From assembly GCA_964016885.1 (NCBI GenBank), contig OZ024742.1, positions 99,696,001 through 99,760,000 on the forward strand: DNA of 64,000 bases. The letters are read 5' to 3'. The position numbers and the translations under genes are program-made. The first letter of the stretch is position 1; the number at the start of each line of letters is the position of its first letter. Positions 1 to 13,477 of the stretch are shown one piece after another. The notes under the pieces are model-generated. The model worked only from the letters and a program-made list of their open reading frames with translations, did no database searches and had not been told where the DNA came from. Source of the stretch: Eledone cirrhosa (lineage: Eukaryota).

Positions 1-19
1 CGCTGTCATCATTTTTCTC

Positions 20-1140
20 ACCATCTCGATCAATTCAGGTTGACAAAATCTTGGCTACAGAACTGTGTAAAATATATTGTATAGTGTGAAGCATCATCTG
101 TTATGGTGACTGTGGAAAAGAAATGTCGACAAATAATTATTCCGTGAGGCATTCATTGTCAGAAATGTAACATAATAGAAAACCAAACCAAAATCTGAGT
201 TAAAATATTTCAAAGTCGTTATCTGTACAAATGGATGAGTATCAATGTTCTCGTGCTTCAGTATTGTCTGTGAACAATTGAATATTGTGACTACAGAAAA
301 CAAAATACTTTTTCAAAGGAATTTGCTTTATCTCCAAAGCATTCCTACATTGCCTCGAAAACTTCCCCTCCTCCTCCTCACTAAACTCTCAAAATAATGT
401 TTTAGAACTTACAAACAACTAAGTATTATTTCAATTGGTGGATTGGCAGTATCGGTAGAGGGTCGGACGCCATGCTTTGACGCATAGAGTTACGGCCCTT
501 GCCATTCTGAGTTCAAATCCCGCCGAGGTTAACTTTGCCTTTCATCCTTACGGGGTCGATAAAATAAAGTACCAGTAATACACTGGGTAATTGCTGGCTT
601 TGTGCCAAAAGTAGAAACAATTATTTCAATAAATAACAAAATGGAGATGCTTCTAGTCAGAATATTGCGTACCACAATCCATGAATCCATGAATTCACAA
701 CATGTTTAATACTGTGCTGCCCTTTTAGCTAAAACATTGAAATAGTTGTAAACAATAAATAAGTTATTTTCAACATTGCATTCCAACTTTTCTGTAATAA
801 ATCTTTTTGCATCGTGAAAAATGTGGGCTAGTCGATTTGCAGCAATAATGTTTTTTGCAGCGATCTTTTTACAAACTGAATTGTGTATTCCTCAGTTTAC
901 ACTTCCAATGTCAGTAGTGTATACAAACACTTTATTTTGATCCAGACCTGATGTCTCTAGTTTAGTTAGAAGCTGATTTGTTGTTTCCTCTGATGATTCA
1001 TTGTTATCGCTGTAAATGTCAAGTTAACACATTTTACCTTCCCATCTCAAAATGGAAAATATCCCTCAAGTATTGGAAAACACTTCTGTTACAACATTGT
1101 TTGAAGAACCTGTTGATTTTCTCTCATTTTGATGTTCTTG
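20..1140 (-). pseudogene. Decayed hAT-superfamily transposase, interrupted by a SINE
   Basis: Manual minus-strand translation across frameshifts and stops gives ordered fragments STGSSNNVVTEVFP, YSDNNESSEE, DIGSVN*GIHNSV, LAHIFHDAK, YFNVLAKR and LKHYFESL. These resemble hAT motifs (STDASN..FP, DN..VN.G, C.AH.LH, TRW, LK.YF). Boundaries approximate. Confidence 0.65.
436..630 (+). mobile_element. tRNA-head SINE (family A) with target-site duplication
   Basis: A-box-like TGGCAGTATCGG, B-box GAGTTCAAATCC, conserved body CTTTGCCTTTCATCCTTACGGGGTCGATAAAATAAAGTACCAG. Direct repeat ATTATTTCAAT at 425-435 and 620-630. Confidence 0.9.
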
Positions 1141-1149
1141 ATACTGCTG

Positions 1150-1745
1150 TTTATGATTATTATAACGATGATAACGATAAGATGATGTTGATATTAACAA
1201 TAGTGAATATGTTGACAGTGATGATGATGATGATGATGAAAATGATGCCAATGATGATGATGATGATGATAACGACGGCGGCGATGACGATGTTGAGGAT
1301 GATGATGATGATGGTGGTGGTGGTGGTGGTGATAATGTTCATACTGATAAGGGTGATGATGCTGATAATGAAAATGAAGAGAATGCTGATGTTTTTGATT
1401 CTACAGCAACTGTTGCTGCTGCAAACGCCAATGCAGCGGCTGTTGTTGCTATTGCTGATGATGATGTTAATGAGGGGGTTGGTGTTGCTACTAATGTTAC
1501 TATTGATGATATCAATAAAGATATCAATGATGTGGCGTTTATGATGTTGGTATTAAAAATGATATGGATGGCGATGATAAAGATGTTAATAATGATGGCA
1601 GTGATTGTGATGATGATGATGATGATGATGATGATAATGGTGGTGGTGGTAGTGGTGGTGGTGATGGTGGTGGTGATGCGGAGGAGGAGGGGGAGGGGAG
1701 GAGGAGGATTATGATGAGGACGGTTAATAATGTTGATATTAATAT
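1150..1745. repeat. Degenerate (GAT/GGT/GCT)n trinucleotide tract
   Basis: Visible low-complexity triplets; source of spurious poly-Met/Asp ORFs. Confidence 0.9.
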
Positions 1746-2065
1746 AATTATTTTTCCGGACATATATTTATATTTACCCAAGGCCTCGATCAATTCCTAC
1801 ACTAAACATCACCAAGTGTCTTATTACTGAAGAGCAACATCCCTACCAAACCAGAACCGTTATTTCGAAACAACACCTATTAGCTCCCTTATCCAGTAAG
1901 CCACAATTGGCGCCATTGACGGACGAATCACTGGATAGTTATATATATTCGTCAAAATTACATTCGGTTATGATCGGAGACGGAATAGATCGAAACATTG
2001 TGTAAATATATATATTGTTAATATTACAGTGCAAATACATGGTTTAGTAGTCCGGATACGAACTG

Positions 2066-2280
2066 GGAGACGCTCAACTAAGTGGTTAGGAGGATTGGCA
2101 CATGATAGTGAGGTCGTCAGTTCAATTACCCGCGGTGCATTGGCTCTAATCTACATGTACAACTGAGTTATACTTGGGATTCAATGGGTCAGTCTTGTCT
2201 CACACCATATCATGTTGAATTTCCAAGAGAAGTACGTTAAGATTACACATGTACATACGTTTCTGTAGTCACGCCACTCT
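2066..2280 (+). mobile_element. Old tRNA-head SINE (family B), degraded
   Basis: AGTGGTTAGG...GGTCGTCAGTTCAATTACCC Pol III-like head, similar to copies at 28470 and 50995. Confidence 0.5.
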
Positions 2281-2510
2281 TTGTCACTCACTCCCTCATT
2301 CATTCGGTCAAATTTTATTTTGTTACTCAGTAGATACTATACTAACATCCTTCTGGCAGCCTTAAATCCAGCTGAAGACAACTTTGCATTTTATCCTTCA
2401 GATAGAATAAAATACCAGTAACGTGGTGGGATCGATTTAATTGACTTTCCCCTTCCCAAACTTATTGTCTTTTTGACTAAATTAGAAATCATTATTTTAT
2501 AGCCACCCCA

Positions 2511-2713
2511 GGGCGGTGGATTGGCAGTATCGGTAGAGGGTCGGACGCCATGCTTTCCAGCATAGTTACGTCCCTTTACGATCTGAATTCAAATCCCGCT
2601 GAGGGTGACTTTGCCTTTCATCCTTACGGGGTCGATAAAATAAAGTACCAGTAATGCACTGGGTAATTGCTGGCCTTGTGCCTAAAGTAGAAACAATTAT
2701 TTTATAGCCACCC
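2511..2713 (+). mobile_element. SINE family A with ~18-bp TSD
   Basis: Near-identical to 436-630; ATTATTTTATAGCCACCC duplicated at 2491-2508 and 2696-2713. Confidence 0.9.
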
Positions 2714-4349
2714 CTCCTTATTTCCTTAAATCTGATTTTCATTAATATGTAGTCCATACTACCTTACCGTCAGTCAAGCCAGTAGTTGTCCCCATATAGT
2801 CTCACATGTAGTCAGTCTTCGTATAGTCTCTCCCTAAATCTCATTTTCAGTTAGTCCTCGTGTTGTCCCCACCTAACACTTACCCTCTCTCAGTCACTCA
2901 TCATATTATCCCTTCCAATTCCCATATCCCCTTGGTCAGTCCTCCTAATGATACTGAGTAGCCCCCCCCCCCCTTCTCATTCAGTCAACCCTATCTTTTC
3001 ATCACGAGGTCCTTATCTCAGACAAGCCTGTTTTCCCTTCCCCGACTTACCCTAGTCAATCTTCAAGTAGTTATCATGTTGTCCCTCTCCCCGTCAAACC
3101 TCAGCCAACTCTGTTGTTACTGTGTATCTACCCTCTCCCTCTGTTCACCATGATCAACATAATGTGTATTATCCATCAGACGAAATGCTTTCCTTCATTC
3201 GTTCTTGCTCTCTGCGCTCCGAGTTCAAAGATACCTTTCATCTTTTCGAGGTCGATAAGTAAAGTACCAGTCTTGTGTTGATTTGGATTCTTCATCTATA
3301 ATTCTTTCTCTCTTCCTCTCTATCACTCTTTTCCTTCTCCGGAAAATATCAGCTGCGTTCATATCTGGAAATGTGTTGGGGTCGCTTGGTTTTAAATACT
3401 CAGGAAACGCCGTACGACATTACGGTGTTCCTACAAATCAATTGTTTAAATTGGCGGCGAATCAATATTAAATGCCTCCGTATATGTTACAGTTCACTGC
3501 GCTCTGAATTCAAATTCAGGCGATGTCAACTTTGCTTTAAATCCTTTCGGGAACGCTAAATAGTTTACTTGTCTAAAGCTAGTGGATTAGCAGAATTGTT
3601 AAAGAATCAGAGAAGATGTCTTGCTGTATTTGATCTGATGCAGTCCGATCTGAGATAAAATTTCACCTTCTTGAGCTTGGAGATCTGACCGACAGGTAGT
3701 ATCAGAAATAGCAATGGAAATGTTATTCTCTTGACCCGATCTGATGACTGGCAACTTTCCTTTCACTCATATGTAACTTATGATGTAATGTTGTCGTCGT
3801 TGTAGTCTGGGATAGCAGAGGAAGGTAGCAAGCAGAAATGATAAAATAAATATTCGTAGTTGATCGTGAGCATGGCTCTACTGTGTATGTATACTAATAA
3901 GAGGAAATAGAGAAAGCGAATGAGAGAGTGAGAAGGAGGAGAGAGAAAGAAGAATAGGGGAGGAGGTGTAAAGAGGATGGGGTGGTAGGGAAGGGGAGGA
4001 GCAAGAGGAGGGGGTGCTGAAGGGAGTAAGGAGGAAGAGCAAAAGTAAGAGGTGCAGGTAAGAATGAAGGGCAAATGAAAGGGTGAGGTGAGAAAATGGA
4101 GAAAGAGTGATGAGGAGGGGTTGAAAAAGATACTGAGCTAAATGATGACTATGATGATGACGATGTTGAGGAAGAGGGGTGAGGAACAGAACTGGTATAT
4201 CACTTTCTTTGTTGATTGTGAAGAATTCACTTCAGTGTGTAGATAGAAAGAAGGAAGAGGAGATGGAAGGGAAGAGGTCTTATTGGGATAATGAGAATGG
4301 TGAGGGTGTAATGGAGGAGAAGACATAAATAAGGGAAAGGTGGGAGAAT

Positions 4350-5198
4350 TGATTGTTATACTACTGATGGTAATGGTGATGATGATCACGTTGATGATCA
4401 CGATCATGATTATAAAGAGAAAGGTAAATAGAGTGATGGTGGTGATGATGATCATGGTGGTGGTGGTGTTGGTGGTGATGGTGATGGTGATGATGGTGAT
4501 GATGGTGGTCATGGTGGTGGTGGTGGTGGTGGTCATGGTGATGGTGATGGTGGTGGTGGTGGTGATGGTGGTGGTGATGATGGTGGTGATGATGATCATG
4601 GTGGTGGTGGTGTTGGTGGTGATGGTGATGGTGATGATGGTGATGATGATGATCATGGTATGGTGGTGTTGGTGGTGTTGGTGGTGGTGATGGTGGTGAT
4701 GATGATCATGGTGGTGGTGGTGGTGGTGGTGGTGGTGGTGATGGTGATGGTGATGATGGTGGTGATGATGATCACGGTGGTGGTGGTGGTGATGGTGATG
4801 GTGATGGTGATGATGGTGGTGATGATGATCACGGTGGTGGTGGTGTTGGTGATGGTGATGGTGATGGTGATGATGGTGGTGATGATGATGATCATGGTGG
4901 TGGTGGTGTTGGTGGTGGTGGTGATGATGGTGGTGATGATGATGATCATGGTGGTGGTGGTGTTGGTGGTGGTGGTGACGATGGTGGTGATGATGATCAT
5001 GGTGGTGGTGGTGTTGGTGGTGGTGATGATGATGATGATGAAGAAGGTGAAGATGATGATGGTGATGATGATGATCATCATGAGGAGGAGGGGGGGAGGA
5101 GGAGGATATTTAGGAGGCTTATATTGATGATGTAGATGACGATGATGATTCCTGTTGATGAAAATGATGATATTGATGGTATGGGTGATGATATTGAT
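4350..5198. repeat. Compound (GGT/GAT)n trinucleotide array with recurring GATCAT nodes
   Basis: Visible; source of poly-Val/Met and poly-Thr/Ile ORFs. Confidence 0.95.
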
Positions 5199-5383
5199 AA
5201 TTGTTTCTACTATTGGCACAAGGCCAGCAATTACCCAGTACATTACTGGTACTTTATTTTATCGACCCCGTAAGGATGAAAGGCAAAGTTAACCTCAGCG
5301 GGATTTGAACTGAGTCCGTAAAGGGACGTAACTGTGCTGCAAAGCATGGCGTCCGACCCTCTACCCATACCGCCAATTCACCA
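5199..5383 (-). mobile_element. SINE family A
   Basis: Reverse complement of family A head and body. Confidence 0.9.
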
Positions 5384-5485
5384 CTTGCTGCCACTGAAGA
5401 TGATGAAGATGCTGATATTGATGATGGTGATGGTAGTGTTGGTTGTTGTAGTCTTTCTGGTGCACGTGGTGGTATTGATTATAAT

Positions 5486-5662
5486 AATTGTTTCTACTTT
5501 TTGGCACAAGGCCAGTGCATTACTGGTACTTTATTTTATCGACCCCGTAAGGATGAAAGGCAAAGTTAACCTCGGCGGGATTTGAACTCAGAATGGCAAG
5601 GACCGTAACTCTATGCGTCAAAGCATGGGGTCCGACCCTCTACCGATACTGCCAATTCACCA
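5486..5662 (-). mobile_element. SINE family A
   Basis: Reverse complement of family A with a short internal deletion. Confidence 0.9.
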
Positions 5663-6079
5663 GACTGCCATTATAATAATGATTGGGTATGGGGGTAGGG
5701 TTGCAGGTGGAGGTATTGATGATAATAATGGTGCCGAGTGTGAGGGGAATCTGATGATGATGATGAAAATAGAAATGATGTTGATGGTAATGGGGATGGT
5801 GGTGTTAAGTATGGCGATCTATCCCATTTTTCTTTTTATTCTTCTAATTTCGTTAAACATGAAAAACAGTGATAAACGCAAAATAGTTTTTGACCCGCTA
5901 ACCTTAAAAAGATGTTGTGATAGATTTGTGTATGTATATGTAAATGTATATGTGTATGTATGCTAGCGTGTGTATGTATGTGTGTTTCTGTGTGAATTTG
6001 TGTTTGTGTGTATGTTTATGCTGACTATGCATATATGCGTGTGTACCTATGTATACTGGCAAAATTTACACAGACACAC

Positions 6080-6101
6080 AATACATACATACATACATAC
6101 G

Positions 6102-6172
<71 letters not shown>

Positions 6173-6219
6173 TCGTATATGTATATATATGTGTGTGTGT
6201 GTTTGTACGTGTGAATACG

Positions 6220-6307
<88 letters not shown>

Positions 6308-6369
6308 AATACACACGAACACATACACACACATATGTATATATACATATATACATACATACATACATA

Positions 6370-6415
<46 letters not shown>

Positions 6416-6790
6416 TATATATGTATAGAGAGAGAGAGGGGGGATAGAGAAGGAATGAGAGAGAAAGAGAGAGAGAGAGAGTTTTGTGTGTGTCGTTCAT
6501 GAATATATATAAGCATGCAAACATATCTATAGGAACATATGTACATATATTCATATACATAAGCACACACAGTGTATACATGTGCGAGGACGTATTTGTT
6601 TGTGTATGTATACATATCATTTCATAAATCTTCATACATATACCTACCTATATAACTACATATATACGCCTACATACAAACATTGACACGACTTGATCTT
6701 TAGTATGCTATATTCCCATACACAGTTTGAAATCGGGAACGTCTGCTGCGGACAGCAGACCTAGACATATAGGCATAGAGAAACACACAC

Positions 6791-6859
<69 letters not shown>

Positions 6860-6998
6860 TATATATATATATATATGTGTGTGTGCGTGTAAGTGTGTAT
6901 ATATATATATATATATGTGTGTGTGTATATATATATATATATACATATGTATATATGTGTGTGTATAAATATATATATATATCATATATATCATATAT

Positions 6999-7060
<62 letters not shown>

Positions 7061-7061
7061 C

Positions 7062-7108
<47 letters not shown>

Positions 7109-7238
7109 AGTATATAGATATATATATGTATGTATATATGTATATAAATATATATATATACCAATATATATATATATATATATATATATAACAATATATA
7201 TATATATATAACAATATATATATATATATATATATACA
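6080..7238. repeat. Compound (TA)n/(CA)n/(CT)n microsatellite cluster
   Basis: Visible dinucleotide tracts. Confidence 0.95.
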
Positions 7239-7663
7239 CAAGTACATACAGAACTATAGAGACACGAACGTGTCCGTTCCCAGAAGCACTCAACCGGAAG
7301 TAATAAACTATGTTTCCTGGTCAATGGAGCTAAACCCGTAAGTGGCTTTTATGTTTTATGTCTTCTATCAAAAACAGTAATCTGACAATATTTTTGTTGT
7401 TGCTGTGATGTGTTGTTGTTTTTTTTGTTTTTTGTTTTTTTTAATATCCATCATTCTACAGGGATAATATTTTACCTGACTTGAATGAATGATTTTCTCA
7501 TAGATCTTAGCACATATACACATTGTTATATGTAAGTGTGTATGTATTTATGTATGTGTGTATTTATGTATGTATCTATGTATCTATGTATGTATTATAT
7601 GATGTATATATCAAAAATGTTTAAATAGATAAACATACATATACACACACTCAGACACAGACG

Positions 7664-7714
<51 letters not shown>

Positions 7715-7769
7715 GTGTTGGGTCTGATTACATACACAGACACACACTCACTCACACAAACATACACAT

Positions 7770-7831
<62 letters not shown>

Positions 7832-8302
7832 TTATAGTTTACCCTATTATATATGACATAATTATTGTGTTTAAGAATATGAAAAAAATATATCTTCTTT
7901 ACTTCCTTTTGGTTTCTATGGAGAATTGAGTAGCGAGAGGTCTCCAACTTACACTCTTCCAAGCACTATCACTTTCATACCAGGTTCATGCCTGTTAGGT
8001 CCTTCTCTACTGCCCATAAACACATTTCGACACGTATATATGGTTTCATTTCGATGGTGGACCACACTGGTCTGTTTGTAGGGAGGCGAAGCACGAAGCC
8101 AAGTATCTTCCAAAGTAAGACATTGATGATTTCCTGTAGATTGCTCAAATATCTATGACATCCCCATTTGGTATATGGTCTTCTGAGACCGAGGAGACGA
8201 CTATGGAAGATATCAACATATGTATAGGTTCTACAAGTGGTTTTATATGTCTCGCAAGCATAAGTTAGCGTAGCCTCAAGGATTGATATACAGAAGAATT
8301 AT

Positions 8303-8384
8303 CTTCTTCTTCTTCTTCTTCTTCTTCTTCTTCTTCTTCTTCTTCTTCTTCTTCTTCTTCTTCTTCTTCTTCTTCTTCTTCTTC
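8303..8384. repeat. (CTT)n microsatellite
   Basis: Perfect triplet run. Confidence 0.95.
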
Positions 8385-8707
8385 GTTTTTATCTTGATCC
8401 TATCAGAAGCAACAATGTCGAATTAATCAATTAATCCGGCTGGATTCCCAAACAAGACCAGCTGAGCACTTGTTTATATTATACATGTTTATATATACAT
8501 GTGTGTGTGACTGTGTGAGTGTATCTGTGGGTGTATACATCTTGGGTCCAGTTTCCCCAATGGACACAACTCCCCTACACGATTTCTTTAATCTTACCCA
8601 CATACGCTCGCAAGAAGACCCACAAAGCCTCCATCTCAATTCTACTTTTAAAACCGGTAAAGGAAATAAATAAATATTCTTTAAAAGTTTCCAGCTTATA
8701 CATATAC

Positions 8708-8771
<64 letters not shown>

Positions 8772-9105
8772 CAAAGAAAGTGTGGTAAGGAATCAGCTGA
8801 CTCTTTTCATTATATATATTATACGGTTTTGATTATTCAATTCCAGTAGTGGCACTACTTTAATTGAATAATGAAAACCTTAGTGGTATGTCGCATATCC
8901 TATCTCTCATATATTTTATCTGATGAAAACGTACTTAAACACCATTGTACCTATGTATAATAGAATATATATTTTAGTTATAAGAATATTTTTCATTTAT
9001 TAATATTTTGAATAATATTAAATACTCCAAAACTTGTCGAGTAATTCTAATCTATTGTAAAATTTTATTCGTTGAATAATCAACGAACCATATAAACTAT
9101 GGTTT

Positions 9106-9161
<56 letters not shown>

Positions 9162-9163
<2 letters not shown>

Positions 9164-9219
9164 AACGAGTAGGACCCCGACGGGTGAGCTGAAGCCGTTT
9201 CGACGGCTAATTCTGGACT
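9162..9219 (-). other. 3' half of a hammerhead-bearing mini-element (same family as 10624-10731)
   Basis: Minus strand AGTCCAGAATTAGCCGTC-GAAA-CGG..CCG-TC-GGGGTC, next to (TA)n; CUGANGA half absent. Confidence 0.55.
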
Positions 9220-9345
9220 TATATAGATATAAACCTTTTTAAAAAATAAATATATATATATATATATATATGTATATATTTGTTTTTTAAAAAGGCTTTT
9301 AAGGTCTCCCCTGAAAAAATTGTTTAAGTTTTGTTACTTTTCTTA

Positions 9346-9409
<64 letters not shown>

Positions 9410-9905
9410 TTTCTAGCAACCAACCCACTCGCCCTAAGCAACCAATCAAACTCTTTCTGACTTGACCACTGCCAAGTCACAGTTCTTAGCCATTTTGAAT
9501 TCGTGTTTGGCAGAAAATAATCTGTCCTAGCGAGTTTGTCCCCTGAAGAGTTCGAAACTCGAGATTTATCCTTAATAGGATATCTCAAAATGAGAACGAA
9601 ACCCATGGGTCGGGACGTAATCCTGGTATGTATATACGCATTTCTAACTTTAATTGTATACCTAATTGCATATGGTTGACCGTATATTTAATTAATTTCC
9701 ACGGGCTGTTGAAATGTTGGGTAAATATTCTATAGCGGCTGGCCGCGAAGGGGCTGCTATCCTTTATTTATTTACTGTTTCTTCATAGGTGCCTTTTAAT
9801 CTTATAGCCTGGTCTAATTGATGTTTTGTGTGGTTAATGTTGGTAATTGGGAGAGGAAATGATGTATATATATTATCAAATGATTCTATGGACATACTTT
9901 ACTTT
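9410..9905. repeat. Unclassified ~480-bp dispersed repeat, copy 1
   Basis: Collinear similarity with 22560-23025 (CTTGACC.CTGCCA.GTCAC, CGAAGGGGCTGCT, TTCTTCATAGG, AATTGGGAGAGGAAA). Confidence 0.75.
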
Positions 9906-10450
9906 AAAGTATATATATATATATATACAAAATTTAGTAAAGCATCAACGAAGCCATGGTTGCAGCCAAGCTAACTAATACAGTTTCGGTGTGCAGCTAA
10001 GCACTCGGATAGTGTATATAACCCTAGAGTTATAACATTATGTTTAGACAGCTTTTCAAAATGAAGACTGCGACCGATAGAAGGGTCGCAGAGACCATAG
10101 CCAGGAAAAAGACTGAACTCAGGAAACATTTGACTAACCTGGATCGTCACGTCAACATCATACATAACACATATAATATATACCATATAACATACATCAC
10201 ATGTAATCCACAATATCTCCGCTAGGTTTCTGTAAATCCGAAATCAACAAAATCCACTTGCAGGGGTCTGCAACATAACGGTTTTTGAAGATAGAACAAT
10301 GGAGTTTTACTTCGTCTACAAGTTTTTCGTTCTGGTCTGCTCGGGTGTTTTTGCTAGAGTAAGCGCTGCTAGCAAACACATGGTTTTCCCAAAGGGAGGT
10401 AACCCCCGATTTTGGCGGTCAATTCAAAATTTGGAACAAAGGAATAAAAA

Positions 10451-10540
<90 letters not shown>

Positions 10541-10545
<5 letters not shown>

Positions 10546-10731
10546 AAGGAGGTGTGGTAAGGAACCAGATGGATCATTACGCACCAGAGTACTCAATACT
10601 TAGCGTAGTAGAGTGAGTAATAGGAAAATGTTTGACCCTGACGGCAGAGCTCAAGCCGTTTCGACGGCTATTTCTGGACTGAAATAGCCGTCGAAACGAC
10701 TTGAGCTCTGCCGCCAGGGTCAAACATTTTC
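10541..10731. mobile_element. Palindromic mini-element with half hammerhead and one-sided tail in (TA)n
   Basis: 51-bp arms 10624-10674 and 10681-10731 with loop TGGACT. The left arm reads GAAA-CGGC..GCCG-TC-AGGGTC on minus. Extra tail 10541-10623 on the left only. Confidence 0.7.
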
Positions 10732-10953
10732 ATATATATATATATATACAAGTAAGTTTGTTTCGAAGCACCGAGCAAGTTTCAAATAATAAACAAAAGC
10801 TTTCGCCGTATTTGTTGACTAAAGAATGTTTAGCCTGATAGTGGGATTTAGAACCCTCTAAGAAATGGAAAACAATGAGTATTGACGTAGGGTTCTAGAT
10901 CCAATTATCAGGCTAAAATTTCTTTCGTAAAAAAATACACCGAAAGCCTCTAT

Positions 10954-11066
<113 letters not shown>

Positions 11067-11181
11067 ATGTGTGTGTATATATATATATATATATATGTGT
11101 GTATATATATATATATTGTTATACTTGGGGAGTGTCATATTTGTGTAATATTGCCAGAATTAATATATATATATTAATATT

Positions 11182-11312
<131 letters not shown>

Positions 11313-11366
11313 ATATATATAGTGACGAAACATAAGTCAATTGCATGAACTCATAATCCTTTATTT

Positions 11367-11422
11367 ACTGCTATATATATTTCGATGATAGCCATTAAAT
11401 GGCTATGACCTCATCAGGCAGT
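11367..11422 (-). ncRNA. Type I hammerhead ribozyme motif
   Basis: ACUGC-CUGAUGA-GGUCAUAGCCAU/UUA/AUGGCUAUCAUC-GAAA-UAUAUA-UA-GCAGU: stem I, stem II and palindromic stem III loop; short tail then (TA)n. Confidence 0.8.
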
Positions 11423-12033
11423 TAGTCAGTTCTTAGATATCCCAGCTCTGTGTTTATAGTGTTGATGGTATCAGAGCCTTGGGACATATGAGCTTGTTAG
11501 GAATAATTTAATGTTGTCAGCAGGAATAGTCTTAATTCTCATTGGTCAGTTCGTAGATGCTAGTTGGGTTGGTATTTGACCTCAAAGAGGCAGGTGGTGT
11601 TGTAAAGTTCAAACCGTCAGGCAAGATGACAATCGTTCCATATGACTGATTTTCACAAATAGCATTCCTGGTCAGATATATATTCAATTAAGGTTAATAG
11701 TATGAAATAGATACTACAGGTCATTCTTATATTGAGGAATTTATGTGGAGTGGTGCTACTGAAAATTATGGTTAGAGTAGAAAATTTACAAATAAAAAGA
11801 CTTATGTAGGTTGGCTTGCACGTACACTCACACCCACCTTCACACACACAGACACACACATCCACACATACATATTGGGGAATTAATGAATTAATGTCGG
11901 GTGGTAATACTTAAAATAATGGTTACAGTCAAATACTTAGATAGTTTAGAAAATTTAGAAATAAAAGGTTTATGTTGGTTGACTTGTACATACACTCACA
12001 CTTACCCCCACAGACACACACAAATCCATACGG

Positions 12034-12093
<60 letters not shown>

Positions 12094-12131
12094 GCACAAG
12101 TATATATATATATATATATATGTACGCACAA

Positions 12132-12183
<52 letters not shown>

Positions 12184-12411
12184 TATATATATATAAAATA
12201 TACACATATATAAAATATATATATACACTAAATATATATATACATATATAAAATATATATATATATAAAATATATACATATATAAAATGTGCATACACAT
12301 ATATATATAAAATACACATATATATATATATACATATATAAAATATATATAGATATACATATATATACATAAAATACACATATATACACATATAAAATAT
12401 ATATATATATA

Positions 12412-12452
<41 letters not shown>

Positions 12453-12458
<6 letters not shown>

Positions 12459-12645
12459 AAGGAGCTTCTACAGGACTAGTACTGTTTCATTCAGATGAAA
12501 TCTTCAGGGCTTCCTGAAGATTTCATCTGAATGAAACAGTACTAGTCCTGTAGAAGCTCCTTCTATAAAATAAAAAAAATTTACTCTGCCATGTATTGAG
12601 TACCTTACTTACAGTGGTTATCCCCGACTCAACCCGGGACCTACG
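12453..12645. mobile_element. Palindromic hammerhead mini-element in (TA)n
   Basis: Perfect 56-bp arms 12453-12508 and 12513-12568 with 4-nt spacer; tail 12569-12645 on the right only. Confidence 0.8.
12507..12559 (+). ncRNA. Type I hammerhead ribozyme motif
   Basis: GGGCUUC-CUGAAGA-UUUCA/UC/UGAAU-GAAA-CAG/UACUAGUC/CUG-UA-GAAGCUC; GUA site, 7-bp stem I. Confidence 0.8.
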
Positions 12646-12812
12646 TATATATATATATATATAAAATCAGGTTCAATAAAACGTGGTTTTGATGACTCCT
12701 AACCAGTAGAGGATCCGGTGGACCATCCACCATAGGGGCCACAAACTATGGGTGGTTGTTGTTGTCTATTGGTCATCGGTACGGGGTGTAGGGGACCTAC
12801 ATGGGGGGAGGT

Positions 12813-12858
<46 letters not shown>

Positions 12859-13234
12859 TTATATACATACATGCATACATATATAAATATATAAATAAAT
12901 ATATAAATAAATATATATATATCATATATATTTGTATATATATATATATATGGTATACATATATCCATGTTTAAGATTGTGTGGTCGACAGAATGAACTT
13001 TCTGCGTCTGTGACGAAACAAATAAATAAATACACCTTTCTGGTTCAGCACTTAAAGCTCAGTGTGTTTTGCGTTTTCCTTTTTCAAATTATAAAAATAC
13101 TTCACCATGCCATAAACATTATCGTCTCAGTTCACCTGACATTTCTTATAGAATCACTCGCAGCCCACACACTCATATACAAACACACACACACTCACAC
13201 ACATGTACAGAACATGCGCACACTCGCGCATATT

Positions 13235-13348
<114 letters not shown>

Positions 13349-13413
13349 TGTATTTCTATCTCGTCCTCTGTCGTTTTTTTCTCTATTCCTTTCTCTTTAT
13401 ACATACATATAGA

Positions 13414-13477
<64 letters not shown>

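Noticed and set aside
436-530. tRNA gene at SINE heads
   Set aside because: A and B boxes are present but no cloverleaf forms; it continues into a multicopy SINE body.
978-7324. Long ORFs rich in M/V/I/T or YI repeats, here and throughout the window
   Set aside because: They are translations of tri- and dinucleotide microsatellites with no domain content.
8912-8975. TTTTAT-CTGATGA start resembling the family D hammerhead
   Set aside because: GAAA and stem II are not recoverable; at most a decayed relic.
10060-10100. Hairpin CTGCGACC/GGTCGCAG preceded by ATGAAGA as a hammerhead
   Set aside because: Both core segments deviate and no stem I or III can be formed.
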